A stretch of DNA of 64,000 bases from Tubiluchus corallicola. Lineage: Eukaryota > Animalia > Priapulida. The notes beneath the pieces are model-generated. The model saw only the letters and a list, made by a program, of their open reading frames with translations. It searched no databases and was not told where the DNA came from. This document shows, one piece after another, positions 1 to 14,600 of this stretch. The stretch is from contig JAQGDQ010000107.1 in the NCBI GenBank assembly GCA_030141605.1, positions 62,001 through 126,000 on the forward strand, written 5' to 3'. Both the position numbers and the translations under genes were made by a program. Numbering within the stretch: the stretch's first letter is position 1; the number at the start of each line of letters is the position of its first letter.

Positions 1-889
1 AAAGAAGTTAACGCTACAATCTTACTATCTCTTGCTCTGAATTTAATTAAGGCTACCTGTAAAAACCTAACTTAAAACAATCATGCGCTCTAGGTTGGAA
101 ACTACATGATGAGAAATATAAACCATAACAGCGATTATTTAATGAAGTTATTTCAGAGGCATGCTACTGCAGCGGATGCCATTTATGCCTAATAAGTAAA
201 GTCAATGACAGACTACGCCAAGGTAAACATGTAGAAACCTCTATTTCAAAAGTATTAAGTTTCCAGCAAATGTACATACTTGTACATGGCTTAGCTCAGT
301 TAGTTGAGCCAATCCAGTTGGACACTAAAGCAGCTTATTGAAGCAAACTACCTAACATAACATGGTTTAATCTGTTCAGCAAACGAATGCTGTGTAGTAG
401 TGTTGGAAGCCACAGGACCTTGGAACTTCACTGCATGGGGAATTCAGAAACAGAAAGGCCCTTCAAGGGCAACGGTTCGTCAGCTTCTACGACAACAGTT
501 CTTAATGCTTTGTGGTCCCAATTTCCCATATGCAATTATGAATCATTCATCCTTCTACACAGGTCTTACAACATTCTGCATACTCGAATTCCCAAAGCAC
601 ACTAGGCCTAATGTACTTCAACTAATTTACAGAAGTACGACAATTTGTCTTACCAAAGCTTAACAACTAAAGCTTAGATCCTGTGCATTTTTTCAAGCAA
701 AATAGCCTTTAAAAATAGGAAAATTAAAAGCTTGAAAGACAGCAAGAAAATAATTCGACGTGCATACCGCATTGAAAAGCGAAACGCAAAATAACTTCTG
801 ATAATCTGAAATACGTAGATTTGAAATGAGATAGAAAATTAAACAGGAGACAGAAAGAGCGACAGATATGCGGTTAGACACAGACACAG

Positions 890-1396
<507 letters not shown>

Positions 1397-2149
1397 CTAT
1401 TTATTAGGAGTGGATAGACTGGATTGTAGTTTACAGCAAGTTTACAACCCTACTACAAATACACGGAATGGTTTTTTGATCACATAAGATTTACACGGCT
1501 AAAGAGAATGTGTTGCCGCGGAATTCCCCAACATCAATATCCAGGGCAATACAGGTGTAAGTTACAGGTGAGTTAATGCACTTCCACCCAGGTAATCAGA
1601 GCAGAGAAATCAGCAGGCGGTTGCTAGGTACGCCATTCAAAAAGATGTAAAATTAAGAGGAGGGTGTGCTAAGTGAGGTTTATTTTTCTAAGGAAAGGTT
1701 GCAAAGGTTTTTTTGTAAAAACACCTCACAACTACGTTTATCCATTGTAATGCCACAAACAGCAAGTAATAAAAGATCAGCAGTTATAGCTTTAATCATC
1801 AATTTTGATTAAATAAATGATAAGTGTTTATGCATCGCGCACAAATAACGAGCAAATATTTTTACAGAATAGTGCAATATGTCTGCAACATTACACTTAC
1901 AATATAGGCTCATTCCAGAGAACCTATAAAAACGTATTACAAAATTTTCTTGTGTGTATCTGGCCTATGGGGAAATTTGTCACAATATTGCATGCACGCA
2001 TACCATAGTATGATTTGCATATAGTATTATTTGCAGGAGCAGTATAACATTAATCTCGTAAGCCATATGTACCCGAGAAATTACTTATGCATGTCAAATT
2101 TTATGCTTTTAAAATCGTGATACCTTTCTTATAACATCCAGTGTATTAA

Positions 2150-2528
2150 CAGGGTTCCCACAGAATTTTAAAATAAATTTCGCTGACTTTTCCATGACCT
2201 TTCCCTTACCAAATATTGATTTTCTAAGATCAAGATAAGCAGAAATTGGATTACCAGTATACATATTCAAACATTTTTATGTATGGACATTCATACATAA
2301 ATTGATATAATGTGTCGGTCAATCATTACTTTTGGAATAGAAATCGTTTATTTGAACATGAATAGCTGAAAAATATGTTTGGAAAAATATCGATTCACGA
2401 TGATTATTTTTGCAATCCTTTCCAACTTCCCTGACTTTCGCCCAATTTTCATCATTTTCCCCGACTTTTCCATTACTTTACAGGATAGCCTGCATTTTCA
2501 AGGATTTTCCCTGACCAAGGGAACCCTA
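2150..2528. mobile_element. Non-autonomous DNA transposon (MITE) with CAGGGTTCC termini, copy 1
   Basis: Starts cagggttcccacag and ends gggaacccta. Aligns as the reverse complement of 60860-61322. Confidence 0.8.
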
Positions 2529-2644
2529 TGTATATTGCCACAACATACGTGCATGTACATTATTTATATAGCATGATTTGAATAACATTGTTTGCCAGCA
2601 AATTATATATGCATGCAAAATTTTAAACTTTTCATTAGTGATAC

Positions 2645-5600
2645 CTTTCTTATATCATCTAGTGTATGTATTTCGGGAGAAAGGCCACCGTGAACACACA
2701 GAAATTGTTGGTTCATTATCGCTGCTAGAGGTAAACAATCGAATGCTTCCATACACGCGTCGTAAACCCTCTCCGAGTATTTGATTTTGCCTGCAAAAGA
2801 ACAAGAAAATAAATTTATTTCTCTATTTCTTACTAGATACTGTAACTGGATGCCGACACAAGTTCAATTCTAGTTAGTTCAACTCCCAGTTTAAAATACG
2901 CTAACAGCGTCTTAACTCTACTATGATCCTAGATAGTATGCGCAAATGCAGCTGAACAAATCGGGCCGATTGTGTCAAAGAATTATTACGATGACAATAT
3001 AAATCCAATCAGGTTTTTCCACTAAATGTCAAGATGAAAAGGCAAGTAGTCAGATATTCGCCTCTTTACTAGCAACCGCAGCTACACACGCACGCACATA
3101 TACACGCACGCACACGCACACACACACACACACATAACTGTGCGTATGTGTGTGTATGAGCAATTATGAGCATTGAACAGCTTGCAATTCTGCTAGTACA
3201 TTTGAGCCCAAATATAAGATCACAAATAAATGATTGCAGAAACTATGCATGAAAATCCAGAAACTGGGAACCTTCAAGTGTACTTTTCTTCCATAATGGA
3301 AGAGAATTTATTCGCCAACGCATTTACGCGCCGTGGCAGCTTAACAAGATTTCTCATGAACCGGTAATATTTTAGTTTATGCAACCCACAGAAAAACTGG
3401 AAAATTCTTCGAAAATTAATCGATCATATTTTTCAACAAGCTGGCGCTAAAACACGACTTCAATCGTTTCCCTGTAATTCATTCTGTTTATGAGCGCAAG
3501 TTTAATATCCGCGCGAATGGCATTCAATGTTGCTATATTGAAACCCATAAAGCATGATACATGTACACATCGCCAGTGTGTGTCAACTGTCTTTGGCAAT
3601 ATTTTATTTAATTTAAGCTAAACTTTATTATAATGTTCAGGCCCTTTCAGCTAATAACACAAGGAAAATCGCGGACATTTTTATGGTAAGTACTAGTACT
3701 AATGAGACATTTTTGATCTTGCGCAACATCCATAATGGCAGGCAACGTTATTTATTTACATGTAATTAGTTTCTGTTAGGTTAATATCGGTTTCACATCA
3801 TCGAAACTATAACACCTGAAACAAATTCTTTATTATATCCAGCTAGTTAGAGAAACAACCAAAAACGGCTACTGGACCAAAAACAACTAGTCTAAATTGA
3901 TCATATACAATTGTATCGTTTTATTTATTTGCTTATATTATTTATTCAAACATAACAGATTGATCCGGTCACGAAGTTATGTGAAAATGTTTTGTTCACT
4001 CATCAAATTTTAAAAACATAAAAAGAGGGTGAACAGAAATGGCAACGGAGACATGGTAAATGTCTGATGTAACGCAAATTTACGGCAACAACGATAAGAC
4101 GTGTTGTCGACGAAGGCAGGTGAATAGCTAGTGGTCACGTACGTATTCCTCGCGACCAAAGTTTAAGCCACTTCGTCACTGAAGTGCTTGTGACAGTCTG
4201 GATTCAATACTCCTGGGTGGCTCTTTAGTCTTTACCTCGCTGAAGGATTTTTATTCACATCCATGTGTCGTTGAGACACTTCTGCTGGAACAATCTCTCA
4301 TCTTGTAGGAGCACGAGCCGTAGCAAATGAGCGAAGTTTTCGCCAATAATCCACATGAAGTTAGCTGTACCACTGAATACTTGCTTGTAGAATGTCGAAT
4401 TGAATAACAAAGTTGCATCCATTAGTAATCTCCGGAGCAAAGACGTTTTCTAATTTGCTTTATGATCTCACGCTCGAGGAAGTCCTCAAAATTTGTATTC
4501 TTGTTCATTACATTTGAAAGTTGCGTACACAAATGTAGCAAGAAAGCCAAAAAACAGCACTGCTGCACAGCAATGCAGCAGTAATACAACAGACGAAGCA
4601 GTGACAGAGATAAAGGGTTAACAGAAGTTCCTACTACATCCGAAAGAATCTACGGCAATCCGTTCGTTCAGAAGATTAAATTTTACGGGAATTTACTAAG
4701 GAACTCCACCCATTTCTCGAAGTTTTGGATGTGGCGCATCGTGAAATTCAATAGCCTGCGTCAATAGCTTGGTGAGACGGCTTTATCGTTATCGGCTCAA
4801 ACATTCAAAGTTGGAAATGGATTCAGGAAAACGACACCTAGCCTTCATAATGTTATTCGCTGCCTTTATGTTTGTGTCAGTACGAATTTACACAGCAAAC
4901 ACACGAGCATTACTTTGTGGTATAAACTGATGAAGCTGCCAGACAATACAGCATGTTGTCCAAATAAAATAGACTCGTCAACGCACGCAATCAGCGTTGC
5001 AGGCAAAGAGCGTTAATGTCGCAAGTTTATTGTTTCCTATAACTGCTGAAAATATGAGGAAGATGGGAAGAGCAAAGTGAAAACGAAATTCAGGAACAAG
5101 GGGAAAAAGGAAGCGAGCAAGAGGGAGAGAGAGACAAAGAGAGATAGATAGAGTGAGAGAGAGAAGGGGGAGGGGAGGGGAGGGGAGGGGAGGGGAGAGG
5201 AGAGGAGAGGAGAGGAGAGGAGAGGAGAGGAGAGGGGAGGGGAGGGGAGAGGAGAGGAGAGGAGAGAGAGAGAGAGAGCGAGAGAGAGAGAGAGAGAGCG
5301 TTATGACAAAATTTTTAGAAAAAATTGTTGCATTACAAATCTGTATCTCGTATAAGATGATAATAATTCAAAAAATATTCTGAGCTAAAAGAGTCAGTTA
5401 CTTCTTTTCTTCCGTACTCGCCATTTGGTCCTAGAAACGGGCACGCAATACTACAGTAGAAATCATTTTCATTTTAATGTCAAATGAATGGCTATCCGAA
5501 AGGGTTAAAACCTTCGTAAAGATCCTAAGAAAGTTCACAAATTTATTTTCATCGGTATTATTATTATTATTAACATCATTTTATTTCGAATACACTTTAC

Positions 5601-8600
5601 ATAAGTAAAGTATGTATTTTACAATGTTAGTCCAGAGGTGGAATTACATACCACCACAACAGAGACCACGTTCAATCATACGTCAATCCCACCGGTCTAT
5701 TGTATAAACTTAAGTACGTATGCTTAGTATTGCGTGTAAGATTTGGTCTTCATTAAACACTGGATTTTACCTCTACTAATAGTGTGAGTGCAAGTAGAAA
5801 TGCTGAATAAATGTGAATACCACCTAATTCAAAACTAGAGGACGTGTGGGCGTATATGAACGGCTGAGAGCCCGCAAAAAGGTCGTAAAAGCAGAAATGT
5901 CGGGCGGTCATTGTAAAAGTGAAATGTTTGTGTTTATTAGGGTCTTATAAAATTTAAACATTTGCATGATTTTGGTACTGTTGGATGTAGCTGTCAGAAT
6001 TTGGAGATTTACCTAGTTATCTATACTGAACAAATGTGATAAAAACATTACATGATACCCGTATTTGTTTCAAACAGGTTTAGAAAACTTTAAGTCACGT
6101 CAAGAAAAATTCTTTTCTATATCCCTACGGCAATTTATGATTTTTGGAAAAGCGGAAAATAATGCGCTTACGAGTTTTCACGACTCCGGAAAAATCTACA
6201 TTTCTGCAATTCCAGACTCCCACAGGCCTTCGAATGTAAAACACAGAATTTCACAAAATTCAAGAAAACAGAAGAGTCTTACATGGAAGAAATTAACAAT
6301 AAACTAAACTCGCTACAATATAAATCCAGCAAACATCCCGGCATCGAGGATATTAAAAATTTTGCATGCAGTTTACTAAATCAGAAAGTTGGAAGTTTCG
6401 GCTGACATTATATGTAAACAAGGCTGGGGAAGCCAGCGCCGTTTAGCAGCATCACCACACAGCATTAGTGATAACGACATGGTAATGGGAGACCTATTCA
6501 TTGTTCACTAATGAAAACCCCGGATTATAGTCATTAATGCGACCAATAAAAGTTCAATTAGTGGCACTTAGTACAGGCTGTAGTTACACGAATATCAATA
6601 TTTTGACAACTGTTACAAGCGTCGCACTGACTGAAAAAGGCAAACTGCAGTATTTCCAATGAGGTACGACAGTTTAATGTCATAATGCTTGAGAACGATA
6701 TTCCCTATTAAGAATGCGCATTGCACACCAGGGGGACGACATATGGCGACTGCCCGGGTTGAAGACAATGGCTGGATGTTTTATTAAAAGAGTTTTCGAG
6801 CTTTTTCCAAATTGAGAGTGGTTTTCAGGGCCCACTGGGACCATAGAGAAACAAATGGGAAGCCATTAAGCCATAACGACCGAGTGGAGATACTGACAGA
6901 TACGCTGCTCCGGGGAAGCTGTACTTTTGCGGAATAACGATCGCCCTCTCAGCTTTGCACACAGTCGAAATTCACATAACATGTGCGTGTGCCATTTATT
7001 ACATTATGTATGAGGAGGAGATAGCATTTATGAGTAGAGGACTACGTTTTGCGAACGAAAGTGATGTCTTGAGTGTATAAAACAGGAGGATATATGCAGT
7101 ATCTATACTCTTATATTAATATTCTTGGTATATATATATATATAAGATTCGAGGCTACAGCCCGGACGAGGGCACCATTTGCGGCGATCTATATATCAAA
7201 CGAAAGGTCTCGATCTAGTGTCTTCTCATTGATCGTTTATTTTTCGAATCGGGCCCACCGGGAGAAAGGGGAGGCGAAAAACCTCCAAAAATGCCCCTTT
7301 TTCGACCGTTTTTTGCAAAAAATTGCAAAAGTTATACGGCTGAGATGTAGAGAACGGGAACGGGCCGAGGGGGGTACTGGGTATGGATAGATAGCCCGTT
7401 CAGCGGTGGGTGTAGTATGACTATTAATAAGCATTCGGGATTCCAGAATTTTTTTGTTTGGTGTAAAACCTGCTTGGTAAAATTCACTCAGTGTGTTAAA
7501 GCACGGTTGGCTTGACTAACAGGCTGGTTAAGCAAGTGACCGACTGGCTGATTTTGTAACCGACTGCCTGACTGCACTGTGGACATTCATTGGTCTTTTT
7601 GGTCTTGGAACGAAAAGTTTGGCACAAAACCAGGGACGTTATGACCCGGACTCCTTTCAGTGGCTTTGTTGGCGGTTCATTACAGGTCGATGTGAGCTAG
7701 AAATACAACCGACGTACATTTGGAGCTGATCGATGAAACACAGATTCTCCGTGAAGTACACATTGTGGCCTAAAAGCTGCATGAATTTTTCAAGGGAACG
7801 TTCACTACCTATAATGACTACACAAGAATCTACGCATTCAAAGAAAGGGGGGAGGAGGGGTATTTAATTTACTCAACAGGAAGACTTATAAGTAAATCAG
7901 CACTAATCGTTTTTCAATAGTGGTCAAGACACCTAGATATGACGCTATGCCATTTCTCCACAGCTTGTCTAATAGTCTCTCAACAACCCATCACTTTCTT
8001 CACTCACTGTCATTAGCATTTATTTTTACCTGTGTATTTGTGCAAATATCTGGATGTGGTAATTGTGTGGAGAAAAAATTAATTCGGGGTTAATTGTTGA
8101 AGACTTGTAATTTTGATGGGGAAAAAATTAAATTTTACTCAGTTCATTCCATAGGTAATGTGTTAAATTTTTGATGTGAAACTGAGGTATGCAAATTAAA
8201 GTAGACAAAATTTACACAGAACTGTCTGTCAGTGAAATAAAAACTTGACAAGAATCCTACTGACTATAAAGAAATAAAGCTGTGATGCGATGGTGAAATA
8301 TGATGAATTTAGAGTAATTTACAGACTTGAACAAATAATTATTACTCGTAGTTAAATGCAAAGAAAGTATTAAAGCAATGAAATGCCACAAACTCTCATT
8401 GCGGAAATAATTAACAGATAGGAATCATCTGGCACTGTAACTCAAACATGTAACTGCTGCCATAGACATAAAAATGGATGACCTGCATGGCTAAACGCAG
8501 AAACCAAGAACAGAGTGCCAATGAAGCCGATAACAACAATCAATAACATTACCGCTTCAATGGTCAGGCTATTGATCATGGCACAATGTGCATGATGTCT

Positions 8601-11600
8601 GTTAGGCGAAGTGGACAAGAGAGGCCTTGAAACCGCCCGTTATTAGCTAAACTGATTAGCAGGAAATTGTCCACAAAATGTAGGCCACTTTCGTGACATT
8701 GGTTAAGCAAAGCCTCGTTAAGCACATTCAATGCCAGACTTCTGGAAAACTGAGGAATGAGAATGGAAATGGATGTTCAATGTTAGCATAGAGCGACATG
8801 TGAAATAGACACGCCAATTTTTGCTAAGCAGAGTCTCGGTCGCACACTGCTATTTGTAACGTAATTTAAGACTAACACAGCTTTTCACGTTGTTAATGCA
8901 ACATAAGAATCATCTTAGCAATTTAATTTAATTTTGTGTGCTCTCATACGGCTGCTCAAGTATTTGCATAATTATGTGAAAGCATAAAATGAACAACAAG
9001 ATGTTTATTTACAAAACAATAGTAGCAGCAAAGGTATTATATCCATTAAGAATAAGTTATGCAACTTCTACTTTTACAGAAATGAAAATTTTATGATCAG
9101 TGAACATGATAACATAAAACTGGAAACAATTATTAGGCACCAAGTTACACACCCTGCTAACCTCACAGTCCAGAAAAACAAAAATTGATGGAAAAGATAT
9201 AGCAACAAAGGTATTACATGTATACCCTACATGAATTCACACTTAGGCTTTATTGTCCTAGAATCTTTGAAGATATAAATATCACTAGATTGCTCTGCAA
9301 AAATATACAGAAAGCTATGATGACTTGGATTACCAATGGCAACTGGTAAGATTTCCTAATCCAAGGCAATAAAGGTGAAGTTCGGCTGGAGAGAATAAAA
9401 TAATAGCGTCAAGGTTAAATGCGATTAAAAGTTTAAATGCAACTACACACATCAAAAATGAAATCTTAACATATACAGAGGGAAATATAGCAAATACATT
9501 TATGCAATAACTTGTTTGTAATTGAGGGTGAAAACCCATTATTATTGAAAATCTAAAACGAAACTTGATCAAAAGTGAGTGAATGTAAAAAGGATTTGGA
9601 TCATAAAACTGTGGATTACAAGTTCAGAACAATGTTTAGTAGACTGCTTCACATTTCTATACTTTTGGTTAATGTTAGTTTCAACATTTAAACAATTCAC
9701 AATCTTGAAATTAGGACTACAAAACTAACTAGTTTGATATACAAAAACAATTTATTGTCTCAACTGATTTATGTGTTGTGTTGTGACATTTTCTGATTTG
9801 TGTCCAAAATACGATACGACAAAATGTGCAAAAATAACGAACAAGCCACGTTATATTGCTCATACATAGTAAAACTAATGTATACAAAAGTACAGTGTAG
9901 TAGAAAATTCAAAGATTTGAAGATGAAGATGAGTGACCATCAGTCTAGAACTACATTTGTATGAATTTACCAAATCGCATAAAACACAAATATTGTATTA
10001 CAAACATTAATACCTGCAGTATTAAGGGTCGAAAAAATATATACCGATTAAATTAAATTAAAATGTATACCCAAATTTAATATACATCCGTTACGCAATT
10101 TGCATTTACATTTCTCATACATTAAAATTATACAGGCACAAAAGTTTCCTTATACTGTGTCAGGCGAACAAAATAGTGTCTGAAAAATTACATGGGAAAT
10201 TATTAGTGACACATAAGATGGAAGCAAGACACGGGAATGAAAGAATTACGATTGCAGAGAAATGCTGGAGAAGCCAGTACAAACCACAACGAAGTCAGAG
10301 AGCCACAGTATCATATACCTAGCTAAATATACCTACAGTTGAATCTATCTTCAAATATCAAAATTTGCTATTCCTTTACAAATACATAAACGATCCACGC
10401 CAGCTTTCAACAGCAATCCATTACCCTTCATCAACGACAAACAACTAATACAAGAACAAGTAATATTAAGCAAATAAAAACTAACAACAAATATGGTCAC
10501 AAGCAGGTTTGCAAATAAGTGATAAGTGAACACAGCCCGGTTCAACAGCCTTTGTGCATTAAAATAAAATATATCTGCATACAATAAAAGAGAAAACGTC
10601 CCGAACACTCCTCACGAATCAACAATAGGTTCACACGAAATTCTTTGGTACACATATAAATGTAGACGATGACATTCTTATGTAAATTATAACATGTAAA
10701 CGGCTGCAAAATTTTTAAAACTTTTATCTTGTACATAGTGGTAAATTTGTAAATCTGTATATATACTATCGTATTTAATGCTTGACACATTAACACTATT
10801 TACCTGAATAGTTCACCTGTAGGCCCTTCACATTGTTTTTTATCATGCTTATTAACAGTGTTGCTAACAACAGTTAAATGTTTAAACTGATTATATAACC
10901 AAGTGAGAATGTGTACTTTTAATATGTATCATTTGGCTGTTGTATAACAGATGCAATAAATAGTTTTTTTTATAAATATTACATTTTATTATATTATTAG
11001 AATGACATGGTGTCACTGTTAGGTTTTATTATGTGACTGATAACCAATGTGTGGCTGCGTTGGTTATTTACTCTTTCACAAAAAAAAAAGACTGATGACA
11101 TCAAACGCCCGAGTCTGACTTTCAGTGTCAGATGCAACAGACTTTTTCTGAACATTTCAAACGTTCTTATCAATTATGAATCTCAGAGAGAAGAGCCACT
11201 GGGATTCCGCCTCCAATTCGAACTAATTTAATTTTGCGAGCTTTTGAGAAAGCAGAATTTCTTATCAAGTTTTCTCGAATCAAAGGCACTAACCAAATGT
11301 AACCATTTCAAAAGCTTTTTGGGAAATAGCAATACTTAATGGTTGACATTTAAGTTTAATGATGTGCTTGTAAACACTTATAATATAAAAACATAATACA
11401 TAATATAATACTTTTTAATTAAGAGGTCACCAGACCTTATTAAGCAATTTAGTCTGATTTTTCTTAAAGCATTCACAACTCTAATCACTATTATCAGCAT
11501 CACGTATAACAAATACAAGAAGAACATTAATTCGGGTCCTTTTTAGGCAATGGGCAGGTCTGTAAAAGATCATTTCCATTAAAACAATCAGTTCCTCTCC

Positions 11601-14600
11601 ATCAAAGATGGAGGACATAAGGACATTATGTTCACTTTCAGAAATGAACCCTGCACTTAAAACTAGGGGCGAGAATCGAACGTTGGAATTCGATGCGAAC
11701 GAGTTTTTTTAGTTCGAATTTGATTTGAAGCTAAAACTATAGATTCGAATAATTCAGCACTTCAACCACATGCGTTCTTTATCATTAAAACATTTGAAAC
11801 ATTATGCAATTAGCGTAATTTAGCTCAAATTTCTGTGCACAATTTTTAAACAAATTATTAGAAGTTTTGCTGCAGAAAAAGTCTTTTACTATGATCTTTG
11901 TAAGACAATTTTTGTTGGTGGTTCGAAAACGCGTTCGAAAGTCTTTCAATCTCAATTCGAATTCAATTTGAATTCGAAATACCAAAGTTTGATTCCATTC
12001 GAATTCCAAAGTGACAAATTTGATTCGAATTTGCTTTCTGGTAGAGACTGCTACTTAAAACCATATGAATGGTCATAATAAATAAAACTGAACAAAATTA
12101 AATAATAATAAAATTCAGTAGCCGCAAAAGTATGGAATACAAGTGTAGCATATAAGGGTACTATCAATTTTGCTTTAAGACCAGGTTTACTGATTTGAAT
12201 AAAAATGTTTTCTTTTCAAAAACAGAGCACCAGATGACTTACTACTGTAATAACATAAATGTGTTCATAGTATAGTAGAAAAATACTCTAGCAAACATAT
12301 GTTTAGCAATGCTACACATTACTCATATTTGTTTGTAAACTTGACTGTAGCAGAGCAAAAAAAACACCAGTAAGTAGCAAGAACAGTCGAAACACCAGCA
12401 CTCATTCTACAAATTGCACAAACTTGCCACACGCAAGAGACGGCTGTTATTCTTGGATCTTCAACCACAATTAGTGTAAGAGGTACTTGAAAAATCCCGG
12501 CTGATGTCTCCAGACGTGAAGTACCAGAACATTTCGTCGAAACTTTCAGCACTAATTTACCCAAGAGTTCCAATTGGGAAATTTCCATGCTGCACATGTA
12601 TAGTTGATGAGCATCTGTCTCTTATTCGGTCGATTTGCCATCCTGACGGGACAGTATGGTGAGAATCCCTGGGTGGTGTTGGTCCATTCTTAGCTACGAT
12701 AGCTAGGCAGTCACAAGTTTAGTTAGCAAATGGACAAACTACTAGAGGTAGCCAGTCAGTGAGGACCAGTCAATGAGTTAGAAGAGTTTTAGTGGCAAGA
12801 TGACATCTAATTATTGAGGCTAGGTTATAATTTTTTATCAAAAGTGTTTCATGAACGTTGTACTGCACTTCTTTGCCACTTAAATTTTTGTTTAGTTGCA
12901 CATGGTAGCTATTTGAATTTTTGCTAATATGTTGGAAAGTTTGTAGGTATTTTTATAAATCAATTTTATATGTTTAAATGTTAAAAAAAATTTTTGCCTA
13001 CAGATTTTACACTTTGGACAAGTTTTGCTATCGAAACGTCAAGAATCAAAATGGGCATTTGTGGTTTTGTTCATAATTAAAGCTAGATTCCCTCATCATC
13101 CATCTAAATAGGATATTCACAACATTTCACATTTGGTCTTTACCATCCAAAAAGTACTTAAATGATATGTACAATGAAATAATGACTACAAAACAAAGAA
13201 TGTTGACATTTGCTGTATAGCAATTTAAGTATTTCTATAAAGGGCAGTTTAATTTTATACAAGTATGTATTTGGTCTCGGGTTAAAAAATTGTCAGAATT
13301 TTCAAAAAAATTTACTTTTTCAAGGTATTGTGATTATCTTATAACAAAGAGTATGCTTTAAAATTCTTTTCTAATTAAAATAGTGTTCTGCACATTCATT
13401 TGTTGAACTTTAACTGTCAAATGCGAAAGATAAACAATCATAAGGCAAAGAACTTAGTAGCACTCACTGAGTTTGGCATCAGTTAGACAATCACATTTTG
13501 TCTGTTCACATGTAACTGTACCAGCTTTTTTACATGTACTACCTAGGCTGACACGCTTTATCTTCACTGTCTAACTTTGTCAAAGGCGACTCTTTCGTAT
13601 GCAACTAAAATGGATCTGCACATCTATACAAGAACTTGTTTTTACATTACACTACGAAAGTGCTCACAAATCTACAGGAAAGCCATGAGTTGAATAATTT
13701 GATATTCTGCAGCAAAGAAATGCATAATACATGTGTCTCTACATTATGTCCCTGCTGGCTGGCAGGAAGGAATTGCCTGATACATGTACCTCGGGACCAT
13801 TTCCTTAGCGAATGGCACCGGGGAAATGAGTGACATGTGCGTCTCCGCATTATGTCCTTGGTGGCTGGCAGAAAAAAACAGCATGACACATTCTTGACGA
13901 CGTTTCCTTGGTGACTAGAAGCAGAGAAATGTGCGATACATATCATCATTTTCTAGTTGGTCATATTCGACCCCTGGTGACATCACAGACTATCTCTCTC
14001 TCTCTCCATACATGTCTATCTCTTGCTTGCTCCATCATCTCCTGCAGTGATCTCACTTCAACTAGGTCCTTCAACAGATCTAGACCCGGAGTTGTTATCT
14101 TGGACTTTACCAAACAAGATGTCTTTTTGCAGTGAGTCATCTGCAGGAATAACATGCTCAAAACTGAGCTTATCCTACTAGAATAGTAGATATGATTTGG
14201 TGTTGGAAAATGGCATTTCTCCAGAACAAATTTATTGACTTTCCTTCTTCTCCAGATGATACGTATGTGTCTATTATCCTAGTGGCTGGCAGCAGGGAAG
14301 TGCATGATGCATATGTCTCAGCATTATTTCTCAGGTACCTGACAGCAAGGAAATCCATGATACACATGTCTCAACATTATTTCCTTGGTAGGTGGCTGTG
14401 GGGCAATTCATAGTATGAGTGTCTTGACATTATTACCCTGGTTGCTGGCAGCAGGGAAATGCATTTTGCATTACGCCTCTGCATTACTTCCGTGGTGGCT
14501 GAAAGCAGGGCAATGGATAATACATTCATTTCGGTGGTTGGCAATTATATCTCTGGTGGTTGGCATGATAAGCATGATACATATGGCTCGGCATTATTTC

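Noticed and set aside
287-330. tRNA or tRNA-SINE head (ggcttagctcagttagttgagc)
   Set aside because: A-box-like only; no B box or cloverleaf follows.
12319-12597. Nested gene or alternative calcineurin exon in intron 4
   Set aside because: No recognisable domain, no convincing flanking splice pair, and no similarity to calcineurin.
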